From: Spirochaetaceae bacterium
GTDB taxonomy: Bacteria; Spirochaetota; Spirochaetia; DSM-2461
DNA: 64,000 bases
NCBI GenBank assembly: GCA_051531975.1
Contig: JAOPTT010000002.1
Coordinates: 569,968 to 633,967, forward strand
Reading direction: 5' to 3'
The notes under the pieces were generated by a model, which made no database searches, was not told where the DNA came from, and saw only the letters and a program-made list of their open reading frames with translations. The stretch's first letter is position 1. Each line of letters starts with the position of its first letter. The position numbers and the translations under genes are program-made. Shown here piece after piece: positions 17,006 to 26,387 of the stretch.

Positions 17006-19606
17006 TTAAAGTTTAATGATATTTAGAGATCTGGCTTTTTGTATAGCCATTGTTCGATTTTTTACATTTAGTTTACTAAATATTTTTCTGTTATGACCTT
17101 TGACTGTATCCAGCGCAAGGAAGAGTTTTTCACAAATGTCATTATTGGACAGACCCTGGGCTATTAGCTCAAGTACTTCAATCTCCCTTAAACTTAATGG
17201 ATGAATTAAAGGTTGTTGCAACTCTTTATTACCACTATTTTTAAAAGCTGTTATAATCCTAAAAACATACTCAGATGATAATCCATCAGAAGATATATCT
17301 GAAATCATATTAAACATCGATTTACCTTCGTCTACAAAGATACGTATATAGTTACCATTTTCAGCTAATGTTATTAGTTCTTTAAAAACTCTATTTGTAT
17401 TATCTCTTTCTCCTAGACCATAAAAAGAGAATGCTTGTAGTATAAGAAGATTAAGTTTCTCAAAATACCATTTTTTACTATCAATATCTTTTAATAATCT
17501 GTTAATAATATCTAAAGCCTCATTATATTTACCCTGGTCGATTAACAGACGTATACTGCTAACTGGGATATCATACATTTTTATCTCTGTTTCAGCCTGT
17601 GGTATATCCCCTCTACTTATATGAAATAGAACTCTGGCCTCGACAATATCATTCATGCGGAATTGAAGATTATGACTTAAAACATACTGTTCAGCTTCAT
17701 TCAATAAACTTAAAGCTGCGACAGTATCCTTCTGCACAAGTTTTAATTTTGCCAGTAGTATAAGGCAGGATATTGGTGTGTCGATGTTTTCCAACTGCAG
17801 CGCCAGGGTTAGGCTCTCTTCCCCATATTTTTTAGCTTTTTCTAGGTCATTCCACCAGTAATAAATACGAGCCAAACCTAAAAAAGCCTCACAAGTTGAT
17901 GGCCATGGTGGAGTTCCAATATCTTTTATAATACTTTTAAAAACCTCTTCTGCCTGTAATAATCGGTTCTGAGATTCAAGAACCTGACCAAGACACGTTG
18001 ATGCCGCTATAGTAGACATGACATTTCCCGTAGATTTACTAATTGGAATTACACCTCTATATTCATCTATTGCTAACTCTCTCTGCCCAAGATTCTGATA
18101 TGCAAATCCTAATGTCCATTTAGCCAAGGGTCGTACAGCAAAATTATCAGGGTCTAGGTTTTCAAGTGCTATTTTTGATTGTGTAAGAATTTTTTTTGCA
18201 TCGTGTACTGGGATAGCAAGCATAGCTCGGATAGCTGCAATTTGTCCTACTAGATCTTTATACTTATCTATTTCATCTGTTTTTTTTATCATCTCTTCAG
18301 CTAAAGATAATTTTGAAACTATCCCACTTGCTTTTCCAAGAAATGTGAGAACTAGAGCATGAATGATAACCAAGGATGGTCTGTTTATAAATACGGATTC
18401 AGGTAAAGATTCCAACCAATTGTAGACTGGAACCATCTCTCCTCTAAAAATAAAAGGCATTCCATTACCTTCTATTAGTTTCTCAGCACGATCTATATCA
18501 TTCGCGGCAATAGCATGTTTAAAAGCTTCCATTTCTAGATCATTATTCTCAAACCAGACACTGGCCTTTTTATGTAATTCTGAAATATCAACAGATTCAC
18601 TTCTGTTAAGTCTTTGTCTTAGTAGGTCTGCAAAAAGATGGTGGTAACGAAACCATTTTCTCTGATCATCTAGAGGAATAATAAAGAGATTAGAATGTTC
18701 TATTAATTCAAGAGTTTCCTGACCTGAGACTTTATCATTCTGAAAAACTGAATCACATAGTGAACCACAAAATCTATCCATAATTGATGTCTGAAGCAGA
18801 AAGTTCTGAATATCTTCAGTTTGCTGCCTTAAAACTTCTTCAACTAGATAATCAAGGATGTACCGATGACTTCCAGAAAATGTATTAATGAACTCATGGG
18901 TATCATGATGTCCCTTTATAGAAATCGCTGCTAACTGTAATCCTGCAATCCAACCCTCTGTTCGGGATTCAAGTATGACTAAATCATCCTCTTTTAGATT
19001 AAGTTTCATCACTTTGTTTAAAAAAGAAGTAATTTCAGATAACGTGAAACGCAGATCTTTTGATCTAATTTCATTTAATTGTCCACGAACACGATACCGT
19101 GGCAGAGGAAGTACCGGGTCTTCCCGTGTGGCAATAACGAGGTGTAATTGTTCAGGAATATTTTCTATAAGAAAGTTTAGGATATTATCAACATCAGTGG
19201 AATCTACCAGATGATAGTCGTCTAAAATAAGGATTGTTTTATCTTCTAAAACAGTTAATTCATTGATTATAGAAATAAGTATTGATTCAGGTGATGGTGG
19301 CTGAGGTGACCTAAGCATTGCCATCATTCCAACTGCAAAGTCCGGGTATAACGTCTGGATTGCTGCAATTAAGTAGATAAGAAAATGTGAAACATCACTA
19401 TGCTCTTCATCTAATGAAATCCAAGCAACAGGTCTCTTACATACTGTTATCCACTGACTAAGTATTGTTGTTTTTCCAAAACCTGCCGAGGCTGATAAAA
19501 GTGTCAATTTTACATTTAAACCATCATTCAACTTATCTATTATATGTTTTCTTAGAATCACTTTTGACATTGTTTGAGGAATGTGTAATTTTGTAGATAA
19601 AATCAT
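17006..19606 (-). CDS. MalT-like STAND ATPase / TPR / LuxR-HTH transcriptional regulator (copy 2)
   Basis: ASAGFGKT, LILDDYH, RTEGWIAGLQL, WFRYHHLF; C-terminal LuxR HTH. Confidence 0.93.
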   Translation of the reverse strand: MILSTKLHIPQTMSKVILRKHIIDKLNDGLNVKLTLLSASAGFGKTTILSQWITVCKRPVAWISLDEEHSDVSHFLIYLIAAIQTLYPDFAVGMMAMLRSPQPPSPESILISIINELTVLEDKTILILDDYHLVDSTDVDNILNFLIENIPEQLHLVIATREDPVLPLPRYRVRGQLNEIRSKDLRFTLSEITSFLNKVMKLNLKEDDLVILESRTEGWIAGLQLAAISIKGHHDTHEFINTFSGSHRYILDYLVEEVLRQQTEDIQNFLLQTSIMDRFCGSLCDSVFQNDKVSGQETLELIEHSNLFIIPLDDQRKWFRYHHLFADLLRQRLNRSESVDISELHKKASVWFENNDLEMEAFKHAIAANDIDRAEKLIEGNGMPFIFRGEMVPVYNWLESLPESVFINRPSLVIIHALVLTFLGKASGIVSKLSLAEEMIKKTDEIDKYKDLVGQIAAIRAMLAIPVHDAKKILTQSKIALENLDPDNFAVRPLAKWTLGFAYQNLGQRELAIDEYRGVIPISKSTGNVMSTIAASTCLGQVLESQNRLLQAEEVFKSIIKDIGTPPWPSTCEAFLGLARIYYWWNDLEKAKKYGEESLTLALQLENIDTPISCLILLAKLKLVQKDTVAALSLLNEAEQYVLSHNLQFRMNDIVEARVLFHISRGDIPQAETEIKMYDIPVSSIRLLIDQGKYNEALDIINRLLKDIDSKKWYFEKLNLLILQAFSFYGLGERDNTNRVFKELITLAENGNYIRIFVDEGKSMFNMISDISSDGLSSEYVFRIITAFKNSGNKELQQPLIHPLSLREIEVLELIAQGLSNNDICEKLFLALDTVKGHNRKIFSKLNVKNRTMAIQKARSLNIIKL

Positions 19607-19721
19607 GTTTAACCTTTACCCCTCTTCTTTGTAATTTTCAAAACAGGACAATAAACAATTAATATATAATACTTCATAATATGTAAAACTTATATAATTT
19701 AACGTAATATAAATAACTCTT

Positions 19722-20063
19722 CTAATAAACTTCAATACTATCTATACCATTAAGATCTACTGTTGAAGTATATATACTATTGCAAGTGACTCTTATATCA
19801 ATTTTTCCACTTATCTCTTCTTTATATAACTGCTTTAAAGATTTAAATTGTTCTATATATAGTGCCTGTAATTCAATATCGGTTCCTGGGTCAAAGTTAA
19901 TTTTAACTATATCATTAACCTTAAACAGTTCTGGGGCTCTGTATATTTCCTTGTTTTTATTTAATAGATATTTTAAAAAACTTTGTCTCTTTAATAACTC
20001 TTTTGCCAATATTTTTTTGTTTATTATTAATAAACCACTTATTAACTCATAAAATATGTCCAT
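19722..20063 (-). CDS. Hypothetical protein, third gene of the AAA+/vWA operon
   Basis: 113-aa ORF with AGGAG RBS, 8 bp downstream of the vWA gene. Confidence 0.65.
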   Translation of the reverse strand: MDIFYELISGLLIINKKILAKELLKRQSFLKYLLNKNKEIYRAPELFKVNDIVKINFDPGTDIELQALYIEQFKSLKQLYKEEISGKIDIRVTCNSIYTSTVDLNGIDSIEVY

Positions 20064-20071
20064 ATTTTCTC

Positions 20072-21178
20072 CTAGTTTGTAAAAAACATAACTTCCCCAA
20101 AACTAGAGGGGTTTTCCCCATCTTTAGTTAATAACCATAAAACTTTTTGATTAACACTATCTGGGCATAATCCTTTTCCATCAGTAAAAATTACAACTAA
20201 GGGTATTTTCATCTCATCTGCAAGTTTAAAGATAGGATTAAAGTCTGTACTTCCACGTCTATGTCTACCTCTTTCCTGAATATATTGTTTTAGTGGGATA
20301 GGTGTTGAACATTGGGAATCAAACCTAACTATTTGTATTTTTACACCTGTTATCTTATTAATTTCTATTAACTCTTTTATATATATTTGTATTAAGTGAT
20401 CTGGCATAGAACCTGACTCGTCTAGAGCTATTAAAGCCACAACCCCTTTGTTATAGATATTACCTGGATAATGTTCATACCTTCTGGAAACTTTTTTATA
20501 TGATTTCCTCTTATCTCTTCTTCCTTTCCCAGATAAAAACCTTTTAAGAACAGCTCTCCAATTTATTATATAATCACTATATAGTTCAGTTATATTTTCT
20601 AAATCTAATCCACTGTCTATAATACTTTTTGAAACAACTGTTTTTAATAGAGAAAGCTCTTCGTGGGATGGTTCATTATCAGAAATAATATCAGCTTTGT
20701 ATTCCCGGTTATTTAAGGTGATTAAAGCCTGCCCGGAACTAGCTTTACCTTTAATATTAATATTTAACTTATCTAAAATGTTATAATAATATTCACAACT
20801 TTGCCCATATCGGATTTTCACATTAAACTCAAAAGCTATTATTTCGATATTTATCCAATTATCATCTATATAAATTTCATCAATATATTGATTAACAGCC
20901 ATGTCACAAGCCACTGCCCACAAATGTGCAGACTTTTTCCCAATCCTTATATTGTGTTGTAAAATAACATGCAATAACTCATGTAAGATGTATCCATATT
21001 TAAGGTTGTCTTCTAAGTCATGAAACCACTGGGGATTATAGGACATTACAAACCTAGGATAGGCTTGTATATTAATTTTTTTTGTACTTGAACTCTTTTT
21101 TATCTGTAATTTTGACGCTACATGACCATAAAATGGTTCCTTTATAAGAAGCTTTAGTAGTGTCTGCTGGATATCCAT
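20072..21178 (-). CDS. DUF2201-type putative metallopeptidase + vWA domain protein
   Basis: HELLH (HExxH), WAVACDMAVNQ, MIDAS LDESGS, GSTDF, IFTDG. Confidence 0.88.
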   Translation of the reverse strand: MDIQQTLLKLLIKEPFYGHVASKLQIKKSSSTKKINIQAYPRFVMSYNPQWFHDLEDNLKYGYILHELLHVILQHNIRIGKKSAHLWAVACDMAVNQYIDEIYIDDNWINIEIIAFEFNVKIRYGQSCEYYYNILDKLNINIKGKASSGQALITLNNREYKADIISDNEPSHEELSLLKTVVSKSIIDSGLDLENITELYSDYIINWRAVLKRFLSGKGRRDKRKSYKKVSRRYEHYPGNIYNKGVVALIALDESGSMPDHLIQIYIKELIEINKITGVKIQIVRFDSQCSTPIPLKQYIQERGRHRRGSTDFNPIFKLADEMKIPLVVIFTDGKGLCPDSVNQKVLWLLTKDGENPSSFGEVMFFTN

Positions 21179-21186
21179 TGTTACTC

Positions 21187-22257
21187 CTAATTAGTCATCA
21201 GATCTATAATTACATCACTAATTGAATCAAATGAATCCATAGAATCTGATATTTGGCTTAGAAGGTTTTCATCTTTTGTAATTAGCTCTTTATAAAATAC
21301 AATTTGAAGTTCCTGGGGTAATATATTTAAGAATCTATTTAAATGTGTTAAATCCATGGAATTTTCGACGTCAATTTTTGAGACTGTAGATTTTATTATC
21401 TGATTTAAAAGATCTATATTATTATTATTAATAAGTCTAACTATCTGGTTTTCTACACTGTTATAATTTGTAAGAATATCGCTAGCATCAGGTAGTTCTT
21501 TATCTCTTAATTGTATAAAACCTAAAAAGGACGCAGCGGCTTCTGATCCAACTATTCCGGCTATAGTTTCCTGGAGTATGTCTTCTGAAATATTGCATAT
21601 TTCTAATATCTCTTGTATTTTTGACCAGCCTCTAGGAGTTGGTGATTTTTGTAGTGCTGAAGAATTTTTTCTTACAACTAATAACATTTCTGGATAGGAC
21701 TTAAGGTAAGATAAAACCTTATTATTTGAAAAAGACAACCTACTATATTTTATATAATCATCAATGTTAGGTTCAATCCAGATGGCGATAAATCTATCAA
21801 TTATTGCATCGTCTAAAGTATTTACCATATAATTCATATTATCTGGATTCATTGTTACAGCAATTCTCCAACCATCCGCTAAAATATGATCATTTAGTTT
21901 CCTCTCAAGTAGCAGTGGGTAGAGTACAGATACAGTATCTGGAGACACCCGATTAATCTCTTCTAGGACTAAAATACCTGATGTTGGATGAATACCACTT
22001 TTTACTGATTGGATTGTTGGTAAAAACCTAGGTGGTAAATATGTAGTTACTTCATCAGTTCTATTTTTATCTGGTAAACCCATAAAATCAGGACCTTCTA
22101 AAGCTGCGGCATATAGATCAATATAACCTATACCCATCTCCTCTGTGCACTGTTTATATATTGATGTTTTACCAACACCTCTTTCACTTATAAGTGCAGT
22201 AACACTATGTGTTTTATATAGCTCTTTAATAACATCTTTTGCTTTATTTAATCTCAT
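21187..22257 (-). CDS. MoxR-like AAA+ ATPase
   Basis: Walker A SERGVGKT, DFMGLP, Walker B LVLEEINR, LDDAIIDRF, PTPRGW. Confidence 0.88.
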   Translation of the reverse strand: MRLNKAKDVIKELYKTHSVTALISERGVGKTSIYKQCTEEMGIGYIDLYAAALEGPDFMGLPDKNRTDEVTTYLPPRFLPTIQSVKSGIHPTSGILVLEEINRVSPDTVSVLYPLLLERKLNDHILADGWRIAVTMNPDNMNYMVNTLDDAIIDRFIAIWIEPNIDDYIKYSRLSFSNNKVLSYLKSYPEMLLVVRKNSSALQKSPTPRGWSKIQEILEICNISEDILQETIAGIVGSEAAASFLGFIQLRDKELPDASDILTNYNSVENQIVRLINNNNIDLLNQIIKSTVSKIDVENSMDLTHLNRFLNILPQELQIVFYKELITKDENLLSQISDSMDSFDSISDVIIDLMTN

Positions 22258-22406
22258 AAAAACCTCTAACTAGTAATAATTACTATTTAGATTAACATTA
22301 TATTAAAATATGATCTACTAAGTCTCGACAGCTAAATAAAACTTATATAGAGATATTAAATTATAAATACCCTATAATTTACTATATAAAATATATTGGG
22401 GGATTT

Positions 22407-23021
22407 ATGAAAAACTTAGATTCGATTAATAATACAGTAGACATGGTTAAACATAAAAAGATATTTAATAGTATATCCCCTATTTATAACCTCTTTTTTA
22501 ACAGTCAGGTTAAAAAATATAGCCAGATTTATATAGATTTAGAATCTGGACTGAATTTAACAAATAATTCTACAATTCTTGACATAGGTTGTGGGACTGG
22601 AGCATTCTCAAAAACTTTCTCATTGGCAGGTCACCTTTTAACAGGTGTAGATATATCAGAAAAGATGCTCAAATATGCTCAAAATCGGGGTATTAATGCT
22701 ATTTATGGTAACATTCTTGATGGTTTAGAATTTGAAAATAAAACATTTGATCATGTTATCTCAGCCTATGTAAGCCACGGCCTTGATAAAGAGAAAAGAG
22801 TAAAAATGTTATTAGAGGCGTCAAGATTATCCAAAGGAGTTGTAATTTTACACGATTATAGTCAAAACAGTAATGCTATGATAAAATTTGTAGAATATCT
22901 GGAAGATGGTGATTACTTTAATTTTATTAAAACTGGAATAAGCGATATGCAAGAGGTATTTTCAAATGTACAGATACTGCCTGTGAATAAATATAATAAT
23001 TGGTATATCTGTACACCTTAA
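22407..23021 (+). CDS. Class I SAM-dependent methyltransferase
   Basis: ILDIGCGTG, GVDISEKML, FDHV motifs. Confidence 0.9.
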   Translation: MKNLDSINNTVDMVKHKKIFNSISPIYNLFFNSQVKKYSQIYIDLESGLNLTNNSTILDIGCGTGAFSKTFSLAGHLLTGVDISEKMLKYAQNRGINAIYGNILDGLEFENKTFDHVISAYVSHGLDKEKRVKMLLEASRLSKGVVILHDYSQNSNAMIKFVEYLEDGDYFNFIKTGISDMQEVFSNVQILPVNKYNNWYICTP

Positions 23022-23099
23022 TCTGTTTTCATCAACTATTTAAAAGTATCTAACTATATATATACAAATAATGAACCTCTGATTATAATTGATTTAGAT

Positions 23100-25124
23100 A
23101 TGGACGAGAGTGATTTATTAAATTTCAAACTGAATCGAATAAAAAGGACTTCAAAACTTAAAAAACCAGGAGAATGGATAGACCCTGATACTATTATTGA
23201 AATAGATGGAAAAGAGATTATTGGTGGATTCTTCTATACTGGGAACTTTCTAAAGGGTCTAGATGCTTTTAGTAATGAACCCTCTTTAATAGATCCTGAT
23301 TTAACTGTTAACTTTAATAATCCAAATATATCAGGAAGCGGTATGGGTTACTGGCCTACATATAGCTTAATATCTCCAGAAAGTAGAGCTGCATATTTAA
23401 ACTGGTTAAGAGGTTCAAGAGATAATACAGAGGACTATATTGGTTTTGTATTTTTATATCTTTATGGATTAGAACGTAGGTTACTTCTAGATAATAGAAA
23501 AAACAAACTTGAGCCACAGGAATTACAGGATATATATACGGAACTATATCGCCTAAAAGATATTTATAATATTAACCACTCATTTGAAATTCATATAAAC
23601 TCTCTTTTATCATATTTAATGGCTATTCAGGCAGACATTGTAGATTTAGAAGATATCCCCAATGATCTAATTCTAAGCAAAAATAAATTTAATAATGGTT
23701 TTAAATATTTAATGGGATACAGTGTTAGAAACTCTATACCTATAACATCAGAACTAGCATATGCATGGGTATATAATCATCCGGAATATAATTTAAGGAC
23801 TCCAGCTGTTCGTTGTGACACAGAATTCAAGAAACTCTTTTCTAAGCGTTTTTCAGAAGAATTTCCTAGTGGAATGATAATTAAAGAGAATAAAAAAAAA
23901 TTAGTTCTCCACTATATACCTGTAAATGTAACCTTAAGAAATTATATTCCACCAAATATTGATCTACCTGATCCATGCAGATTAAAAAAGCACTTTTCTA
24001 TGGTACAGGAAATAGCAGATTTAGTTATTAAGGAACTTGAGCCCTTAAGCCGCTATATGGCTGGTGATGGGCACTCAAAAAAGGATCTAAATTATGTAGC
24101 TTTAATACCAGTTGATCTACTTGATGGTATAAAAAACACCGGACTTGAAAATATTAGAAGTGAATTAACTCAGCTATCAAAAAGTGATACCGAAACTATT
24201 GATGTGGAATTAATTATGAGTTTATTGGATATCAATCCTCATCAGAAATTAGACAAAAAAATTGCACAGTTTATCATTAAAATATTAGGGGCTGTAGGTT
24301 ATGGTGTAGCGCCAGACTTAAGGTACCACCATACGACCTTTAAATTAACAGAGCAGATAGTTCTATTCAAAACTAGTAGGTTTATAAACTTTGAACCATC
24401 CCACGAGTTTAACTTAACTGGGGCAATTATTAGATTAGCAGATCTGATTCCTAATATTTCGGAACAATTATTAATAAACCATATTAATGGTAATAGCTCT
24501 TTAACAGATATGGAGAAATTATCCCTAAGAGCATACCTTAAATGGAGACTATTACATCAAAAAGATTCAGTGGGACTAAAGCTACTATTAAGTTTGCTAA
24601 ATTTAAACCAGAAAGAGGTTATTGGGAACATATTAATTGACCTTAGTATAATAGACGGGAAAGTAGACAGTATAAAAACAGATGCTCTAAAAAAAGTATT
24701 TAATGTTTTAGATCTAGAAGACAATTTGGTAAAAGAAAAAATAGATTTAAAGAGGAAGGACAGTTTTGCTCTGGATCATGATCTATTAAAGATTCACGAA
24801 GAAGAGACTAAGGATGTTCAGGAAATTTTAGAAAATATATTTGCCATAGATGAAATAATTATAGAAAATAAACCACAGGTTCCAAGGACCCAACTGGATA
24901 AAAATCACCTAAACCTTTATAATAAATTAATAAAACAGGAAGAATGGGAATACTCTGAGGTAGAAAAGATATGTAGTTCTTTGAACCTTATGGTATCTGG
25001 GGCAATAGAAGTTATTAATGACTGGGCTTATGATCTAGTTGATGCTCCACTAATTGAAGATGAAAATCCACTATATATAGATGACGAGATAAAACAGGAG
25101 ATTGAATGTATACTAAAAAACTAA
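23100..25124 (+). CDS. sngA: Shango-type defence protein A (TerB_N / TerB-like / TerB_C)
   Basis: YWPTYSLISPESRAAYLNWL...GFVFLYLYGLERR (TerB_N); GAIEVINDWAYD (TerB_C); overlaps the DUF2791 ATPase gene. Confidence 0.8.
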   Translation: MDESDLLNFKLNRIKRTSKLKKPGEWIDPDTIIEIDGKEIIGGFFYTGNFLKGLDAFSNEPSLIDPDLTVNFNNPNISGSGMGYWPTYSLISPESRAAYLNWLRGSRDNTEDYIGFVFLYLYGLERRLLLDNRKNKLEPQELQDIYTELYRLKDIYNINHSFEIHINSLLSYLMAIQADIVDLEDIPNDLILSKNKFNNGFKYLMGYSVRNSIPITSELAYAWVYNHPEYNLRTPAVRCDTEFKKLFSKRFSEEFPSGMIIKENKKKLVLHYIPVNVTLRNYIPPNIDLPDPCRLKKHFSMVQEIADLVIKELEPLSRYMAGDGHSKKDLNYVALIPVDLLDGIKNTGLENIRSELTQLSKSDTETIDVELIMSLLDINPHQKLDKKIAQFIIKILGAVGYGVAPDLRYHHTTFKLTEQIVLFKTSRFINFEPSHEFNLTGAIIRLADLIPNISEQLLINHINGNSSLTDMEKLSLRAYLKWRLLHQKDSVGLKLLLSLLNLNQKEVIGNILIDLSIIDGKVDSIKTDALKKVFNVLDLEDNLVKEKIDLKRKDSFALDHDLLKIHEEETKDVQEILENIFAIDEIIIENKPQVPRTQLDKNHLNLYNKLIKQEEWEYSEVEKICSSLNLMVSGAIEVINDWAYDLVDAPLIEDENPLYIDDEIKQEIECILKN

Positions 25125-26386
25125 GAGCTAAAGAGAGAGATTCTATAATTCAATCATTAAAAGCCGGTGTAACTCCACGAACTGGTATACAGCATATTCA
25201 GGTCGGTAGAGTAAAAGAAGTAAAAGCACTTATAAAAGATATAGATAGAGTTGCAGAAGGTGGTTCAGCTTTTAAACTAATTATTGGTGAGTTTGGATCG
25301 GGAAAGACATTCTTTTTATCTGTTATTAAATCTATAGCTCTAGAAAAAAAACTTGTTGTTATAAATGCAGATCTATCCCCAGATAGAAGAATACATGCAT
25401 CTAGTGGACAGGCAAGAAATCTATATTCAGAACTTATGAAGAACCTCTCTACAAGAAACAAACCAGATGGAAATGGACTAACAAGTGTTGTTGAGAAGTT
25501 TATAAGTTCTGCCCGCCAGGAAGCTGATAGTTCAGATTATTCTGTATCAGAAGTTATTAAAAATAGACTATCTTCTATGCATGATTATGTTGGAGGATAT
25601 GACTTTGCCCAGGTAATAAACAAGTATTGGGAAGGCTATGAAAGTTCTAATGATGAACTTAAAAACAGCGCGATAAGGTGGCTAAGAGCTGAATATACAA
25701 CTAAAACTGATGCCAAAAAGGCATTGGGGATTAGAACTATAATATCCGATACATCATTTTATGATAACCTAAAATTAATGAGCCTATTTGTAAAACAGGC
25801 TGGATATACTGGTCTTTTAGTAAACCTAGATGAGATGGTAAATCTCTACAAACTACACAATAGGCAGGCTAGGCTGTCTAACTATGAGCAAATTTTAAGG
25901 ATTTTAAACGACTGCCTACAAGGAAGTGCAAACAGTATAGGTTTTCTACTTGGTGGAACCCCTGAGTTCCTTTCTGATACTAGGCGCGGACTGTTTAGTT
26001 ATGACGCTCTACAAACCAGGCTTGCAGAGAACAGTTTTGCAAAAGATGCTGGAGTCGTAGACTATACCTCACCTACGTTACAACTTAATAATCTAACACC
26101 GGAGGAGTTATATATACTCTTAAAAAATCTCAGATGGGTTTATGCATCAGGGGATGAATCAGAATATCTTGTATCTGATGAAGCGCTATCAGCATTTTTG
26201 AATCACTGCAGTAATAAAATTGGGGATGCTTATTTTAGGACACCAAGAAATACTATAAAAGCATTTGTAGATATGCTTGCCGTTTTAGAGCAGAACAGAG
26301 ACTTAAAGTGGGAAGATCTTATAGATTCTGTGGAATTAACAGATGCAGATAGTTTAGATAACGAGCTAACAGGTTTTGAACTCTGA
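25106..26386 (+). CDS. sngB: Shango-type defence ATPase (DUF2791 / BrxD-like P-loop)
   Basis: SLKAGVTPRTG, Walker A GEFGSGKT, LDEMVNL, GLFSYDALQTRL. Confidence 0.85.
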   Translation: MYTKKLRAKERDSIIQSLKAGVTPRTGIQHIQVGRVKEVKALIKDIDRVAEGGSAFKLIIGEFGSGKTFFLSVIKSIALEKKLVVINADLSPDRRIHASSGQARNLYSELMKNLSTRNKPDGNGLTSVVEKFISSARQEADSSDYSVSEVIKNRLSSMHDYVGGYDFAQVINKYWEGYESSNDELKNSAIRWLRAEYTTKTDAKKALGIRTIISDTSFYDNLKLMSLFVKQAGYTGLLVNLDEMVNLYKLHNRQARLSNYEQILRILNDCLQGSANSIGFLLGGTPEFLSDTRRGLFSYDALQTRLAENSFAKDAGVVDYTSPTLQLNNLTPEELYILLKNLRWVYASGDESEYLVSDEALSAFLNHCSNKIGDAYFRTPRNTIKAFVDMLAVLEQNRDLKWEDLIDSVELTDADSLDNELTGFEL

Positions 26387-26387
26387 T

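Noticed and set aside
8932..19606. Calling the regulators malT, or Avs-type antiviral STANDs
   Set aside because: No maltose/maltodextrin genes nearby and no N-terminal nuclease or other effector domain; the C-terminal LuxR HTH indicates transcription factors of unknown ligand
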